Of a stretch of 46,745 nt of DNA, positions 7,954 through 16,716 are shown in pieces. Every line of letters starts with the position of its first letter. The first letter of the stretch is position 1. The notes under the pieces are model-generated. The model saw only the letters and a list, made by a program, of their open reading frames with translations, ran no database searches and was not told the DNA's origin. Origin of the DNA: a bacterium (lineage in GTDB: Bacteria; BMS3Abin14); assembly GCA_041559575.1 (NCBI GenBank), contig JBFFDD010000001.1, positions 1 through 46,745 of the forward strand. The letters run 5' to 3'. The translations under genes and the position numbers were made by a program.

Positions 7954-8095
7954 ATTGCCAACCGTGATTCGTGATTTGTGGTTAGTGATCCGTTTCAGTT
8001 TGCAACCGGCTAAATTTTAAGGTCCTCCGCCCCATAACATGGAGAAGAGGTTTATTCTCTTAATAAAAATCTTTCTATAATTATTCTATATTGCT

Positions 8096-8623
8096 ATGAA
8101 CAACTTCAAGAGCATTTTTCGCTCCGAGGGATCAGCTTTTCAGGGTAAAAGGGAGGTAAGATCAACGGTGAAACGCCGGGGAAAAGCCATATTGTGTTAC
8201 CGAAGCGAGTTCAACTGCGCCCAGGCGGTCCTGTCGGTTTTCGCGGAAGAATTCGGTGTCGACACAGAGACGGCCATGAGGATCGCCTGCGGCATGGGTG
8301 CCGGAATGGGACGCATGGCCGGCACGTGCGGTGCGGTGACCGGTGCGTTCATGGTCCTCGGTCTCAGGTACGGGATGACGGATCCCTCACGGCAGGAGGA
8401 CAAGGAGAGGACCTATGAGCTCGTCCGGCAGTTCAACCAGCGTTTCCTGGCCAGGAACGGATCGGCCCTGTGCAGGGATCTTCTGGGATGTGACGTCAGT
8501 ACACCGGAGGGTTTCGAGCAGGCAAAAAGCGGGAACCTCATGGAGGAGGTCTGCGAGCGGGTGGTGGGGGACGCGGTGGAGATAGTGGAAGAAATGCTGA
8601 AGGATCCCGATGAGGAACGCTAG
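8096..8623 (+). CDS. C_GCAxxG_C_C family protein
   Basis: Family signature FNCAQAVL ... ACGMGAGMGRMAGTCGAVTGA ... ALCRDLLGC. Confidence 0.85.
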   Translation: MNNFKSIFRSEGSAFQGKREVRSTVKRRGKAILCYRSEFNCAQAVLSVFAEEFGVDTETAMRIACGMGAGMGRMAGTCGAVTGAFMVLGLRYGMTDPSRQEDKERTYELVRQFNQRFLARNGSALCRDLLGCDVSTPEGFEQAKSGNLMEEVCERVVGDAVEIVEEMLKDPDEER

Positions 8624-8650
8624 AACCTATGGGTCCTTCAGCATTTCTGG

Positions 8651-8723
8651 GAACTGAGAACCGGGGACTGACAGTGAACTATCAGGTTCTTCAATCTCAG
8701 TTCTCTCGACTCAGTTCTGACTT
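8651..8723. repeat. Complementary heptad arms (GAACTGA / TCAGTTC)
   Basis: Left arm: gaactga gaaccgg ggactga cagtgaa. Right arm: tcaggtt..tcagttc tctcgac tcagttc. Confidence 0.8.
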
Positions 8724-9000
8724 ACCAATTCAGCAGCTCGAGGCACACTTGCAGAGCCCCCTGCTTTCCTTTTTAACTTTGACCAGTTTCATTCCCATTC
8801 ACCCCCTTTCAGCAAATTAATAGAGAAATTATAGCAGTTGTAAAGACCCTCTGTGAAGGGGCTTGGGAAAAAAATACTGGATATATAAAAAATCCAGCAT
8901 TCAATTAAAAAAAGTGACTTGCGGTTCTGTGGTAATTGTTTTGAGAAGATTTTGTAGCCTTGTTCCTGGGACCTGACCTCTGGACACAAGACACTTGAGA

Positions 9001-9771
9001 CTAGAAACTGATTTTAAACCCCCACTTCACCTCTGTGCCCTCGTCATCCGGGGAGTTAAAGACCCTCTCAGTGAATACCACCCGGCCGTTATCGTCGATG
9101 ATCAGAACCGTCGAAGCCCTCGTACCGTAGGTGGGGCTGGTAATAAAGATCGAAGACAGGACCCTCTCCAAGTCAACGCCCACGCCTGTTTCGGGAAGAA
9201 GATTGTCGGGCGGCCTCCGGGCGTCGGAGAGCAATCTCAGGAGAGATTCGGCCGAAGGGTTTCGTTCACTGTTCAGAACCTCCAAAAAAAGGTCCTTGCC
9301 CCTGGTCACCTTGGGCCATGGTGTATCGAGGAGGTGGTTGCTCAAGCCGTAGATGCCCGGTTGGAGTTTTACAGGCATTCCCTCCCGGTTGGAGTAGTAA
9401 AGGAGATTCTCTGTGTTGCCGGCCAGAAGATTAAAACCGTTATATCGGTCCCGGTTGAGATGCACTTCCTGAATGTACTGCTCCGGATCGACCTTTTCCC
9501 GCAGGTACTCAGCGACCATGAGTCCCCTTGACAGGAGGTGTTCCCGGGTTGATGAAGGGTCACGGAAATTGGTGATGCAGGCGAACCGCCCCTCCCTGGT
9601 GACCCCCAGCCAGGTCCCCCCCCATCGAACGTCCCTCCCCGCCAGGATCGCCGGCTCTTCTTTCCAGTATCCGGCCTGCTCGGTATCCCTTTCGTAGTAT
9701 TCGTCCCGGTTCGAGGCCAGGACAAGACGGAAGCCGGGATGGGACCTGTATGCGAAGAGGACGGTGCACAT
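9001..9771 (-). CDS. NRDE family protein (TANGO2/DUF833-like)
   Basis: N-terminus MCTVLFAYRSHPGFRLVLASNRDEYYER contains the eponymous NRDE motif after Cys2. Confidence 0.9.
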   Translation of the reverse strand: MCTVLFAYRSHPGFRLVLASNRDEYYERDTEQAGYWKEEPAILAGRDVRWGGTWLGVTREGRFACITNFRDPSSTREHLLSRGLMVAEYLREKVDPEQYIQEVHLNRDRYNGFNLLAGNTENLLYYSNREGMPVKLQPGIYGLSNHLLDTPWPKVTRGKDLFLEVLNSERNPSAESLLRLLSDARRPPDNLLPETGVGVDLERVLSSIFITSPTYGTRASTVLIIDDNGRVVFTERVFNSPDDEGTEVKWGFKISF

Positions 9772-9935
9772 GACATTCCCATTCTATCAGAGGACGGGCC
9801 TGCCCGGCGTGGTATTTCCCATGACACATGAAGGAAAAAACATTATTATGGTCGCCGGATCGCAAAGAAGGCGGGGTTGGGCGATGATAGCATGTTCCAG
9901 GGGACCGCAGGGGGGTCTGCCAACGGGAGGTGCAT

Positions 9936-10814
9936 ATGTCCAGGGTGTCCAGGGATGCCGTCCTTCGTGATCTGCCCATCAACGGCCAACAGGCATTCTC
10001 TACCCATGCCGGAAAATTCAGGGAAAGGATCAAAAAACAGCAGCTCAATATCCTCAGGCCGTTCGTACCCGTATTGAAGCATGTCCTCGAGCCGAACGAG
10101 GAGATCCTTCTGGCGTCCCGGGCCATTTCCCCTATCAGGATTGTCGAGGAGCTTACCACCGGTTGGCTCATCTTCCTTATCAGGCGCTGCGTCCTGGTGG
10201 TGACCAACAGGAGGGTCCTCCACTTTCCGACGACACCGGGTTTCTCTCCCCGTGATTCCCTTTCCCAGATCTCGTTCAACGACATCGAGAGTTTCAAGGC
10301 CGGCCGCAAGATCAAGCTGAAGTACAAGAGTGGAGAGGGTGAAAAATTCCACAGGGTCCTGAACGGAAAGAAGTTTGGGAGAACCCTGTCGGCTCTGACT
10401 AAAGGAAGTTCGGCCTCCACCCAGTTCCGAAGCCGGTACGCTGTCTGTCCCAAATGCACATCGGCTCTGGTGGAGGACCGTTACACCTGTTCTAAATGCC
10501 GGCTGGAGTTCAAGAACCCGCGGACAGCGAGGCTCTTCTCTCTCATCTTTCCCGGAGGAGGCTATTTCTACACCCGTCATCCCTTTCTCGGCATTGCCGA
10601 TGCCCTGGTGGAGCTCCCGCTCCTCGTGTTTACCCTCCTCTTTCTGATCGGGGCCGCAACGGGACACCCTCAGTTCGAGGGCCAGTGGATGACGGGAGGT
10701 ATCCTGGGAGGGGTCCTCCTGATCGAAAAGCTGGTGACCATCTACCACGCTGACCGGTTCGTCAGGGAATATATCCCGGTGGAGAGGGTCTTCCGGAAGA
10801 TCTCGGGGACATAG
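9936..10814 (+). CDS. Membrane protein with a bacterial PH-like domain and a zinc ribbon (hypothetical)
   Basis: GGGAGG lies 5 nt before the ATG at 9936. CPKC..(12)..CSKC forms a zinc ribbon, followed by two hydrophobic segments. The N-terminal part resembles a bPH domain, a weak call. Confidence 0.6.
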   Translation: MSRVSRDAVLRDLPINGQQAFSTHAGKFRERIKKQQLNILRPFVPVLKHVLEPNEEILLASRAISPIRIVEELTTGWLIFLIRRCVLVVTNRRVLHFPTTPGFSPRDSLSQISFNDIESFKAGRKIKLKYKSGEGEKFHRVLNGKKFGRTLSALTKGSSASTQFRSRYAVCPKCTSALVEDRYTCSKCRLEFKNPRTARLFSLIFPGGGYFYTRHPFLGIADALVELPLLVFTLLFLIGAATGHPQFEGQWMTGGILGGVLLIEKLVTIYHADRFVREYIPVERVFRKISGT

Positions 10815-10933
10815 ACGGGGCGAGGTTGCGACTTTGCGACCGAGCGTAAAGAGGTGCATTTCTATCCGCCGATTCGGATTGTCGCTGAATCGCACGGTCG
10901 AGGATTTCTGTCCACTCAGGCTCCTTGCCGAAC

Positions 10934-10959
10934 AAAAAAGGGGGGAGATTAACTCCCCC
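10934..10959 (-). terminator. Rho-independent terminator downstream of the VWA gene
   Basis: On the minus strand: 7-bp stem GGGGGAG / CTCCCCC, 5-nt loop, followed by TTTTTT. It lies about 30 nt after the stop at 10989. Confidence 0.65.
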
Positions 10960-10988
10960 TGAGGTTTGGTTCTGTTCCGCAAAGGAGC

Positions 10989-12350
10989 CTACTGCTGATG
11001 CAGTTCCTGGTACGATCGGTACTTGACGCCCTTCTGAACCTCCTCCAGTTCCCGGTCGTCCATCTCGTCCATCCCCGTGATCTGATCCTGGTACTCCCGG
11101 TTTCGCCCCAGCTCCATCTCGGTAGCCGGAGTGGCAGGGGCGCTCATGAGGGCTTTGGCCGCCTTTTTAAGGATGCTGAGAGCCCCTTCCCGATCACCGG
11201 AGTCCACCCGTTCAGCCGCCTCCCTGGACATTATGTTTGATTCAATGAGGCTCTTCCGTTCGACCACATCCGCGTCGAAACCCTGATCGTGTCTGGCGGC
11301 ATCCCGGATCACGTCGAGGACGACAGGTGCGGTGTTATCGGTCCTGATTCTGCCTGAGGCGGGATCACGGTAGCGCAGAGAGACGTCGGCAACCTGCTTT
11401 TCGCCCGGCTCTTCAGCAGTCACCTGGAGTTTGGCCATGAGGGTGCGGCGTTCACCCGATGAAAGGTCTCCGAGACGGATCACCACCGAGTCCCCCTCAC
11501 GGCGATAGCTGTGCCCGAGGACGGAATCAAGGCGGCAGTCGGCAAGAAGCCGAATGATAATCTCCACCTCGGTGGCCACCGTCCTGGAGGCCATGGTGAA
11601 TTCCCTGTTGAGGGCGGCTACAATATCGCCCGGGTTGGAGATGTAATAATATGATCCCCCTCCGCCCCGCGCGACCTTGGCCATGAGGTCCTCATCAAAC
11701 TGGTATCCGACACCGAAGGTGGACACGGAGATCCCGCCTTCGTACATGCCGCCGGCACGTCTGGCCAGTTCGCTGCGATCGACAATACCCACGTTGGCCA
11801 GACCATCCGAAAGCAGCAGGACCCGGTTGATGTATCCTTTCCTGCGGGCCCTCTTCGCCTGACGGTAACCCTCCTCGAGCCCCCCGGACAGGTAAGTGCG
11901 GCCCCCTGGATAGATGCCGTCGATGAGGCGGTGAAAGTACTGGCGGTCGCCCACACGCCTCGCCCTGGTGACGACCCGGACGGACTGGTCATAGGTGATG
12001 ATGGAAAGGAAATCGCCGTTATCCATGCGCTCGACGAGCCGGTGAGCGGCCATTCTGACATAGTCGATCTTGCCCTCGTTGCCCATGGAGCCGCTCTTGT
12101 CGATGACCAGGGACAGGTTCAGGGGCGGGCGGTCCGTAATCGGCTCGTCATCGGGCGCGATGATCCTTATCTGGAGGTGTCCCTTACCGGGACCCGGAAA
12201 GAGGATGGTTCTGTTCTCCGGCCGAACGTCCAGATCCAGGGCCGATCCACGGGCTGGCGGTACGGTAAGCGCAAGCCCCAGGACCAACAGCAGGGCGAAG
12301 GCCGGGTAAAGGGGGATCGTGGATATTTTTCTGGTTCCTGTGGTTTTCAT
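10989..12350 (-). CDS. von Willebrand factor A domain protein (YfbK-like)
   Basis: AGGAGG lies 6 nt before the ATG at 12350. Signal/TM segment. MIDAS motif DKSGSMG (LSLVIDKSGSMGNEGKI). Long C-terminal extension. Confidence 0.85.
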   Translation of the reverse strand: MKTTGTRKISTIPLYPAFALLLVLGLALTVPPARGSALDLDVRPENRTILFPGPGKGHLQIRIIAPDDEPITDRPPLNLSLVIDKSGSMGNEGKIDYVRMAAHRLVERMDNGDFLSIITYDQSVRVVTRARRVGDRQYFHRLIDGIYPGGRTYLSGGLEEGYRQAKRARRKGYINRVLLLSDGLANVGIVDRSELARRAGGMYEGGISVSTFGVGYQFDEDLMAKVARGGGGSYYYISNPGDIVAALNREFTMASRTVATEVEIIIRLLADCRLDSVLGHSYRREGDSVVIRLGDLSSGERRTLMAKLQVTAEEPGEKQVADVSLRYRDPASGRIRTDNTAPVVLDVIRDAARHDQGFDADVVERKSLIESNIMSREAAERVDSGDREGALSILKKAAKALMSAPATPATEMELGRNREYQDQITGMDEMDDRELEEVQKGVKYRSYQELHQQ

Positions 12351-12437
12351 GAAGTACCTCCTGACGTTCAATGAGGTTGTTAGTTTCGCCATTTGCCGGG
12401 TATACACGCCGGGGAGGAGGTTTATTCCAAAAAGAAA

Positions 12438-12603
12438 GTGGAAAGCGAAAAGTGGAAAGTGGAAAGAACAACGGAGATTAGAATAGAGGAATCATCGCGA
12501 GTCGCCTCAATGTAAGGGTTAAGATACAGCAAACTCGAGGGGAAAATAGGATTTGCCGGACCAGGACGCTTTTCCTTTTCACATTCCGCTATCCATTTTC
12601 CAC
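12438..12603. repeat. Complementary heptad arms (GTGGAAA / TTTCCAC) about 105 nt apart
   Basis: Left arm: gtggaaa gcgaaaa gtggaaa gtggaaa (12438-12465). Right arm: tttcct tttcaca ttccgct atccatt ttccac (12571-12603). Confidence 0.8.
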
Positions 12604-12652
12604 TTGACAAGGGTTGTCCTGGAATAAATCGGAACAACCTGTGGTATATAGA

Positions 12653-13243
12653 ATGACAGGAGGACCTTTGACCGGACAAAGTGACGAGATATTGGCCGCC
12701 GGAGCGGCGGCCGGCGACCTTGAGGCCTTCGAGGAACTGGTCAACCGGCACAGGATGTCCGTTTACCGATTGGCACGTTCCATTACGGGCAATCACGACG
12801 ACGCGGATGACGCGGCCCAGGAGGCCTTCTTTCGCCTCTATCGTTCGCTGTCCTCCTACGATCCCCAGCGGCCCTTCACTCCCTACCTGAGGCGCATTGC
12901 CTATAACACCAGCCTCAACGTCCTCAGGGCAGGCAGGGCCAGGGGGAGGGGAGTCACCGTGAGCGAGATGCCCGACGCTGCGGACCTGTCCCCCAATCCC
13001 TACGAGGCTGCGGAGACAAAGGCTATGGGGAAGCATTTTCAGGTGGCCCTGGAACAACTATCCGCCGAGTTAAGGGGCACTTTTCTTCTCAGGGCCTCCG
13101 AGGGCATGTCCTACAGTGAAATCGCTCAGGCGACAGGGGTCAGGATTGGCACGGTGATGTCCCGGCTGTCCAGGGCGCGGGAGAGGATCCTCAAGACCGT
13201 TCAGGCCGCCGGGATGATCTCCCAGAGAGGTGATGGACAATGA
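12653..13243 (+). CDS. ECF-type RNA polymerase sigma-70 factor
   Basis: Region 2 (GDLEAFEELVNRHRMSVYRLARSITGNHDDADDAAQEAFFRLY) and region 4 HTH (MSYSEIAQATGVRIGTVMSRLSRARE). The start is uncertain, either TTG 12614 or ATG 12653. Confidence 0.85.
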   Translation: MTGGPLTGQSDEILAAGAAAGDLEAFEELVNRHRMSVYRLARSITGNHDDADDAAQEAFFRLYRSLSSYDPQRPFTPYLRRIAYNTSLNVLRAGRARGRGVTVSEMPDAADLSPNPYEAAETKAMGKHFQVALEQLSAELRGTFLLRASEGMSYSEIAQATGVRIGTVMSRLSRARERILKTVQAAGMISQRGDGQ

Positions 13244-14667
13244 ATTGCGGTAAAGCCAGGAAATGGATGATGGCTTTCCACGATGGTGAGCTTTCGGTTT
13301 CCAGGTCCGCCAGGGTCAGGGACCATCTGTCAGCCTGCAGCCAATGTACTGCGATTCTTGAGGAACTGGAAATGGTGGACGGGACCGTCCAGGTGACCGA
13401 ACCGGCGCCTGAGTACTGGGACTCTTTCACGGGGAGGGTGATGAATCGGATCAGGGCTGACCAAAGAACCGCTGAAGAGGGTGCAAGGGAAAAGATCCTT
13501 CATCAGTGGCGCCCCCTGTGGAGGTTGGCACCGGCGATCTCCATAGTATTCGTGGCCGTCGTTGCTGTGGGGGTATTCTTCGAGATGAAAAGACCGGTTG
13601 AACTGCCCACGGAGATGGCTCCCATGACGAAAACCGTGGGCAAGACGGTCAGAAGAGAGGCCCCCGCCGTCGGGGAGGAAGTATATGAGAATTCAGCCAC
13701 AGCGGACGACGCAGTCGATGACAGGGACGGATACCTGGAGGCCGTTAAGGGGAAAGAAGATGGCAGGAGAGATGATTCCGCTGCCATCCAGGAACCGAAA
13801 GCGATTGAAGGGGGGTTCGACATTCCGGCGGCCCGGGAGCAGGTCGCACCGCCTCCATCAGAGTTGCCGAGGAGGACCGGGGAGGTCGCAGTCCGTCCGG
13901 AAGGAGGAGAGCACAGGACGGCTCGGTTTGCCACCGAGAAGATGACAGCAGGGGCCCAGAAGGATCTCCAGGAATCACCCGAACGGGAGTCCACCGGGCC
14001 GGCGGCTCTGAAAGCACCGGAAGCAGGAGTTCGTTCCTATTTTCAGCCTGAGGCCGGCCGGGAAACTTCGTATCCTCCGGCGGAGATGCCCCCTTCGGGC
14101 CCTGGCACTGAATTTGAAGGATTCCAGTCCCGTTTCAGTACCCCGTCATTCTCACAGGTGGCCATGCTGGAGGGAAATGTCCTCACATCGCGCGATCTTT
14201 CCGACGGGGTCAGGGCCTATCTCAGTGACCGGTTTCAGGGAAGAAAGTACACTGTTCTTTATAATGAGGACCTCAACCGGGACGGGATCGTAGAGGTCGT
14301 CGCGGTGATTCCCGCCGATGGCGGCCGGGCGGTGGACGCGATCTCCGATCCGGAGGATCAGCAGGCATTCTCAGGGATGGTGGCCTTCGGTGAAGGTGTG
14401 GTCGTCCAGGAGATCTCGGGAAGGGTCGTGGAACAGGTTATCGTCAGGAACGACCGGGCGGAGGATGGAGCGGGTCTTGCCGTCACCGCAGCGGACCTCG
14501 CCGGCTGGACCATCCGACCCATGGGCGGTCCCGACGGGAGAGGCCTGACCTTAAACAGCATCAAGGTGTCGGGGGATGTTTCCGCGGACCAGGCAGTCCG
14601 GTGGGACGACGTGAAGGCGACCTATATGCTGATGAAGGAGCCGATGCCAGCAATTAAGGGGCAGTGA
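13240..14667 (+). CDS. Anti-sigma factor (zf-HC2 type) with one TM segment and a long extracytoplasmic domain
   Basis: ATGA overlap with the sigma gene. The HLSACSQC motif lies in the first 40 aa. One TM segment (APAISIVFVAVVAVGVFF). The following region is low-complexity and acidic. Confidence 0.75.
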   Translation: MNCGKARKWMMAFHDGELSVSRSARVRDHLSACSQCTAILEELEMVDGTVQVTEPAPEYWDSFTGRVMNRIRADQRTAEEGAREKILHQWRPLWRLAPAISIVFVAVVAVGVFFEMKRPVELPTEMAPMTKTVGKTVRREAPAVGEEVYENSATADDAVDDRDGYLEAVKGKEDGRRDDSAAIQEPKAIEGGFDIPAAREQVAPPPSELPRRTGEVAVRPEGGEHRTARFATEKMTAGAQKDLQESPERESTGPAALKAPEAGVRSYFQPEAGRETSYPPAEMPPSGPGTEFEGFQSRFSTPSFSQVAMLEGNVLTSRDLSDGVRAYLSDRFQGRKYTVLYNEDLNRDGIVEVVAVIPADGGRAVDAISDPEDQQAFSGMVAFGEGVVVQEISGRVVEQVIVRNDRAEDGAGLAVTAADLAGWTIRPMGGPDGRGLTLNSIKVSGDVSADQAVRWDDVKATYMLMKEPMPAIKGQ

Positions 14668-14785
14668 CAGGAAAGGGGGTATTCAGGAGTCGGCGGCCAG
14701 TAATTAGAATAAAGTCAGTATCTGGGATCTGGACCCAGGACCTGGTACCTGCTTAATTCCTCTGTGTCCTCTGTGGTTGACTGTT

Positions 14786-15604
14786 TTATTCTTTCTCACC
14801 TTTCTCCGGCATCTCATTGATCAGTTTCAGAAGGTCTTCCGCTTTCCGGTAGCCAGGCGCCAGCCGGCCGTCGGGAAGGACGACGATAGGAGTGGAGCTG
14901 ATCCCCAGTTGACGGGCGAGGGCCATAGTCCGATCCACAGCGTCGGTGTCGCAGGTCGGGTCCGGTACCGGCTGGTCGGCGAAACTCGACTCGAGCAGTT
15001 CCAGGGAGTCCTCACAGACGATGCTCTTGGAGATCCTGTAGGCGTCAGGGTGAAGTTTCACCAGCGGCAGGAGCTTGATGTAGAAGACCAGGTCCGGATC
15101 CATCACCACCGCCCTCTTCAATTCCGGATGAAGCTTCGCGCAGTAGGGGCACTGGGGATCGGTGAACACGAATGCTTTCTTTCGGCCCTTGGGGTTACCC
15201 AGAACAAGGGCGTCCTGAATGGGAATGGTTGTGAGGTCCACCCGACGGAGGTTCATCAGTTTTTTCCTGGTGATGTTCTCCCGGTCGGCGATGTGGATGA
15301 CGTTACCGGAGATGACGTAGTTCTCCGAGAAGTCGATGTACAGGATGTGTTTATTCCCCTTGCTGGTGACCTCCACCGAGTACAGACCGGGTACCTGGGA
15401 GAAATCAACGTTATCGACGCTGTCCAATCCCGGCAGGTCCTTGAGGAGTTCAACCGCGGTCTCCTTCTCCATTCCGTGGCAGTCCCGGCACTGGCCCTCC
15501 CCACAGCCCTCGGCTCCGAAGGGGACAGCACGGTCGGGAAGCGCAAGGATCCCCGAAATGGAAAGGGTGATTATCAATATGGAAAAAACGATTATCTTCC
15601 GCAC
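14786..15604 (-). CDS. DsbC/DsbG-family thiol:disulfide interchange protein
   Basis: Signal peptide, a DsbC-like N-terminal domain, and a thioredoxin fold with FTDPQCPYCAKLH. An extra C-x4-C-x2-C-H cluster lies near the N-terminus. Confidence 0.85.
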   Translation of the reverse strand: MRKIIVFSILIITLSISGILALPDRAVPFGAEGCGEGQCRDCHGMEKETAVELLKDLPGLDSVDNVDFSQVPGLYSVEVTSKGNKHILYIDFSENYVISGNVIHIADRENITRKKLMNLRRVDLTTIPIQDALVLGNPKGRKKAFVFTDPQCPYCAKLHPELKRAVVMDPDLVFYIKLLPLVKLHPDAYRISKSIVCEDSLELLESSFADQPVPDPTCDTDAVDRTMALARQLGISSTPIVVLPDGRLAPGYRKAEDLLKLINEMPEKGEKE

Positions 15605-15870
15605 TGTAAATCCTTTTTAAACGCTCCTGAGATATTTTGCTCTAAATTGATATTTGGCGGGAAGCTCTAAGGTTTCTCGCCCGCTCGTCACGCCCGGGGC
15701 GTGATTCCCTTAACACGCCAGGACGCTGACAAATTCCCAATGAAATATTAGTTTATCGTGGTTTTCCTTGCGAGCTCTGCCTTTCCCGAGCTTGTCGAGG
15801 GTCGTCTTTGCGATAGCGAACTATTTTGTGCGCGATTTGGTGATGATCTCCAATTTACCATTTCCAATCT

Positions 15871-16716
15871 CTATTTTCCTTTCTTTAACTCCTCGTCTAT
15901 CATCCGTGAGAAACCTTCCAGGCTTCGATCGGATAAACGTCTGCCGTTGACGAAGATGGTCGGCGTTCCACGGACACCGCTCTGCTGTCCCTGCCTCATG
16001 TCACGGTTGATCAGATCGTTGATCTCCCGGCTATTTCTGTCGGCCTCGAAACGCTTCATGTCCAGGTTTAGGTCACCTGCGATCTGTTCGATGAGCTGTT
16101 CGTTGATCTTATTGTAGTTCTCAAAAAGCCGGTCATGGAACTCCCAGTATTTCCCCTGCTTGCCGGCAGCCATGGCGGCAGCGGCGGCAGGCCTGGCGAA
16201 CTTGTGGCTTCTTATGGGGAAATGGAGCTCAACGATCCTTATGTCTTTGGGGTATTTCTCGAGCACCTGCTCGAGTAGAGGCACCAGCCTCGCGCAGTAT
16301 GGTCACTGAAAGTCACTGAAGTAGGCGATCTCAACGGGGGCGTTTTTAGGGCCCTTGGACGGGGATCCCGATGTATCAAAGGTGTGAATCAGATCCAGGG
16401 CGACGATGAGGACATCCCTGCCGCTGCCTCCGGAAAGGATCAGCCTGGTCCCCACCTCGGAGAACTCCACCCTTTCGTAATCCCCGCCGGTTTCAATAGT
16501 CTGAACCTGTTGTCCGTTCCAGCTCAGGACCCTGATGACTCCACCGGTGGTGAGGACAAAGGTCCACTTGCCGTCCTGGGACACGGCTGTATCCAGGGCT
16601 TTGGAGCCAACATCGATCTTCTGGGTCGCTCTGAGCTCGAAAGCGGCGAAGGCAGGGGCGTTCAGGAAGGACGCGGCGACCAGGAAGAGGATCAACCGGG
16701 AAATGGGTTTTGCCAT
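15871..16716 (-). CDS. DsbA-family thiol:disulfide oxidoreductase, predicted selenoprotein (in-frame UGA at 16303-16305, active site U-P-Y-C)
   Basis: Two same-frame ORFs are joined by one TGA: ..VEIAYFSDFQ-TGA-PYCARLVPLLEQ.. The downstream half is a canonical DsbA fold (QGKYWEFHDRLF, GVRGTPTIFVNGR). AGGAGG lies 6 nt before the ATG at 16716. Signal peptide ..APAFA. Confidence 0.8.
16258..16291 (-). promoter_or_regulatory. Candidate SECIS hairpins downstream of the UGA
   Basis: On the mRNA, GAGGC-UGGU-GCCUC starts 11 nt after the UGA. It is followed by CUCGAG-CAGGUG-CUCGAG. These were identified by eye only. Confidence 0.45.

Noticed and set aside
8096-8623. The C_GCAxxG_C_C protein as a second selenoprotein, since the family is known to have Sec forms.
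   Set aside because: The ORF is uninterrupted and all signature positions are Cys codons. There is no in-frame TGA.
12604-12652. A sigma-70 or ECF-type promoter call upstream of the sigma gene (TTGACA at 12604, GGAAC at about 12632, TATATA at about 12645).
   Set aside because: The spacings between the candidate -35 and -10 elements do not fit either promoter class convincingly. It is mentioned only as context.
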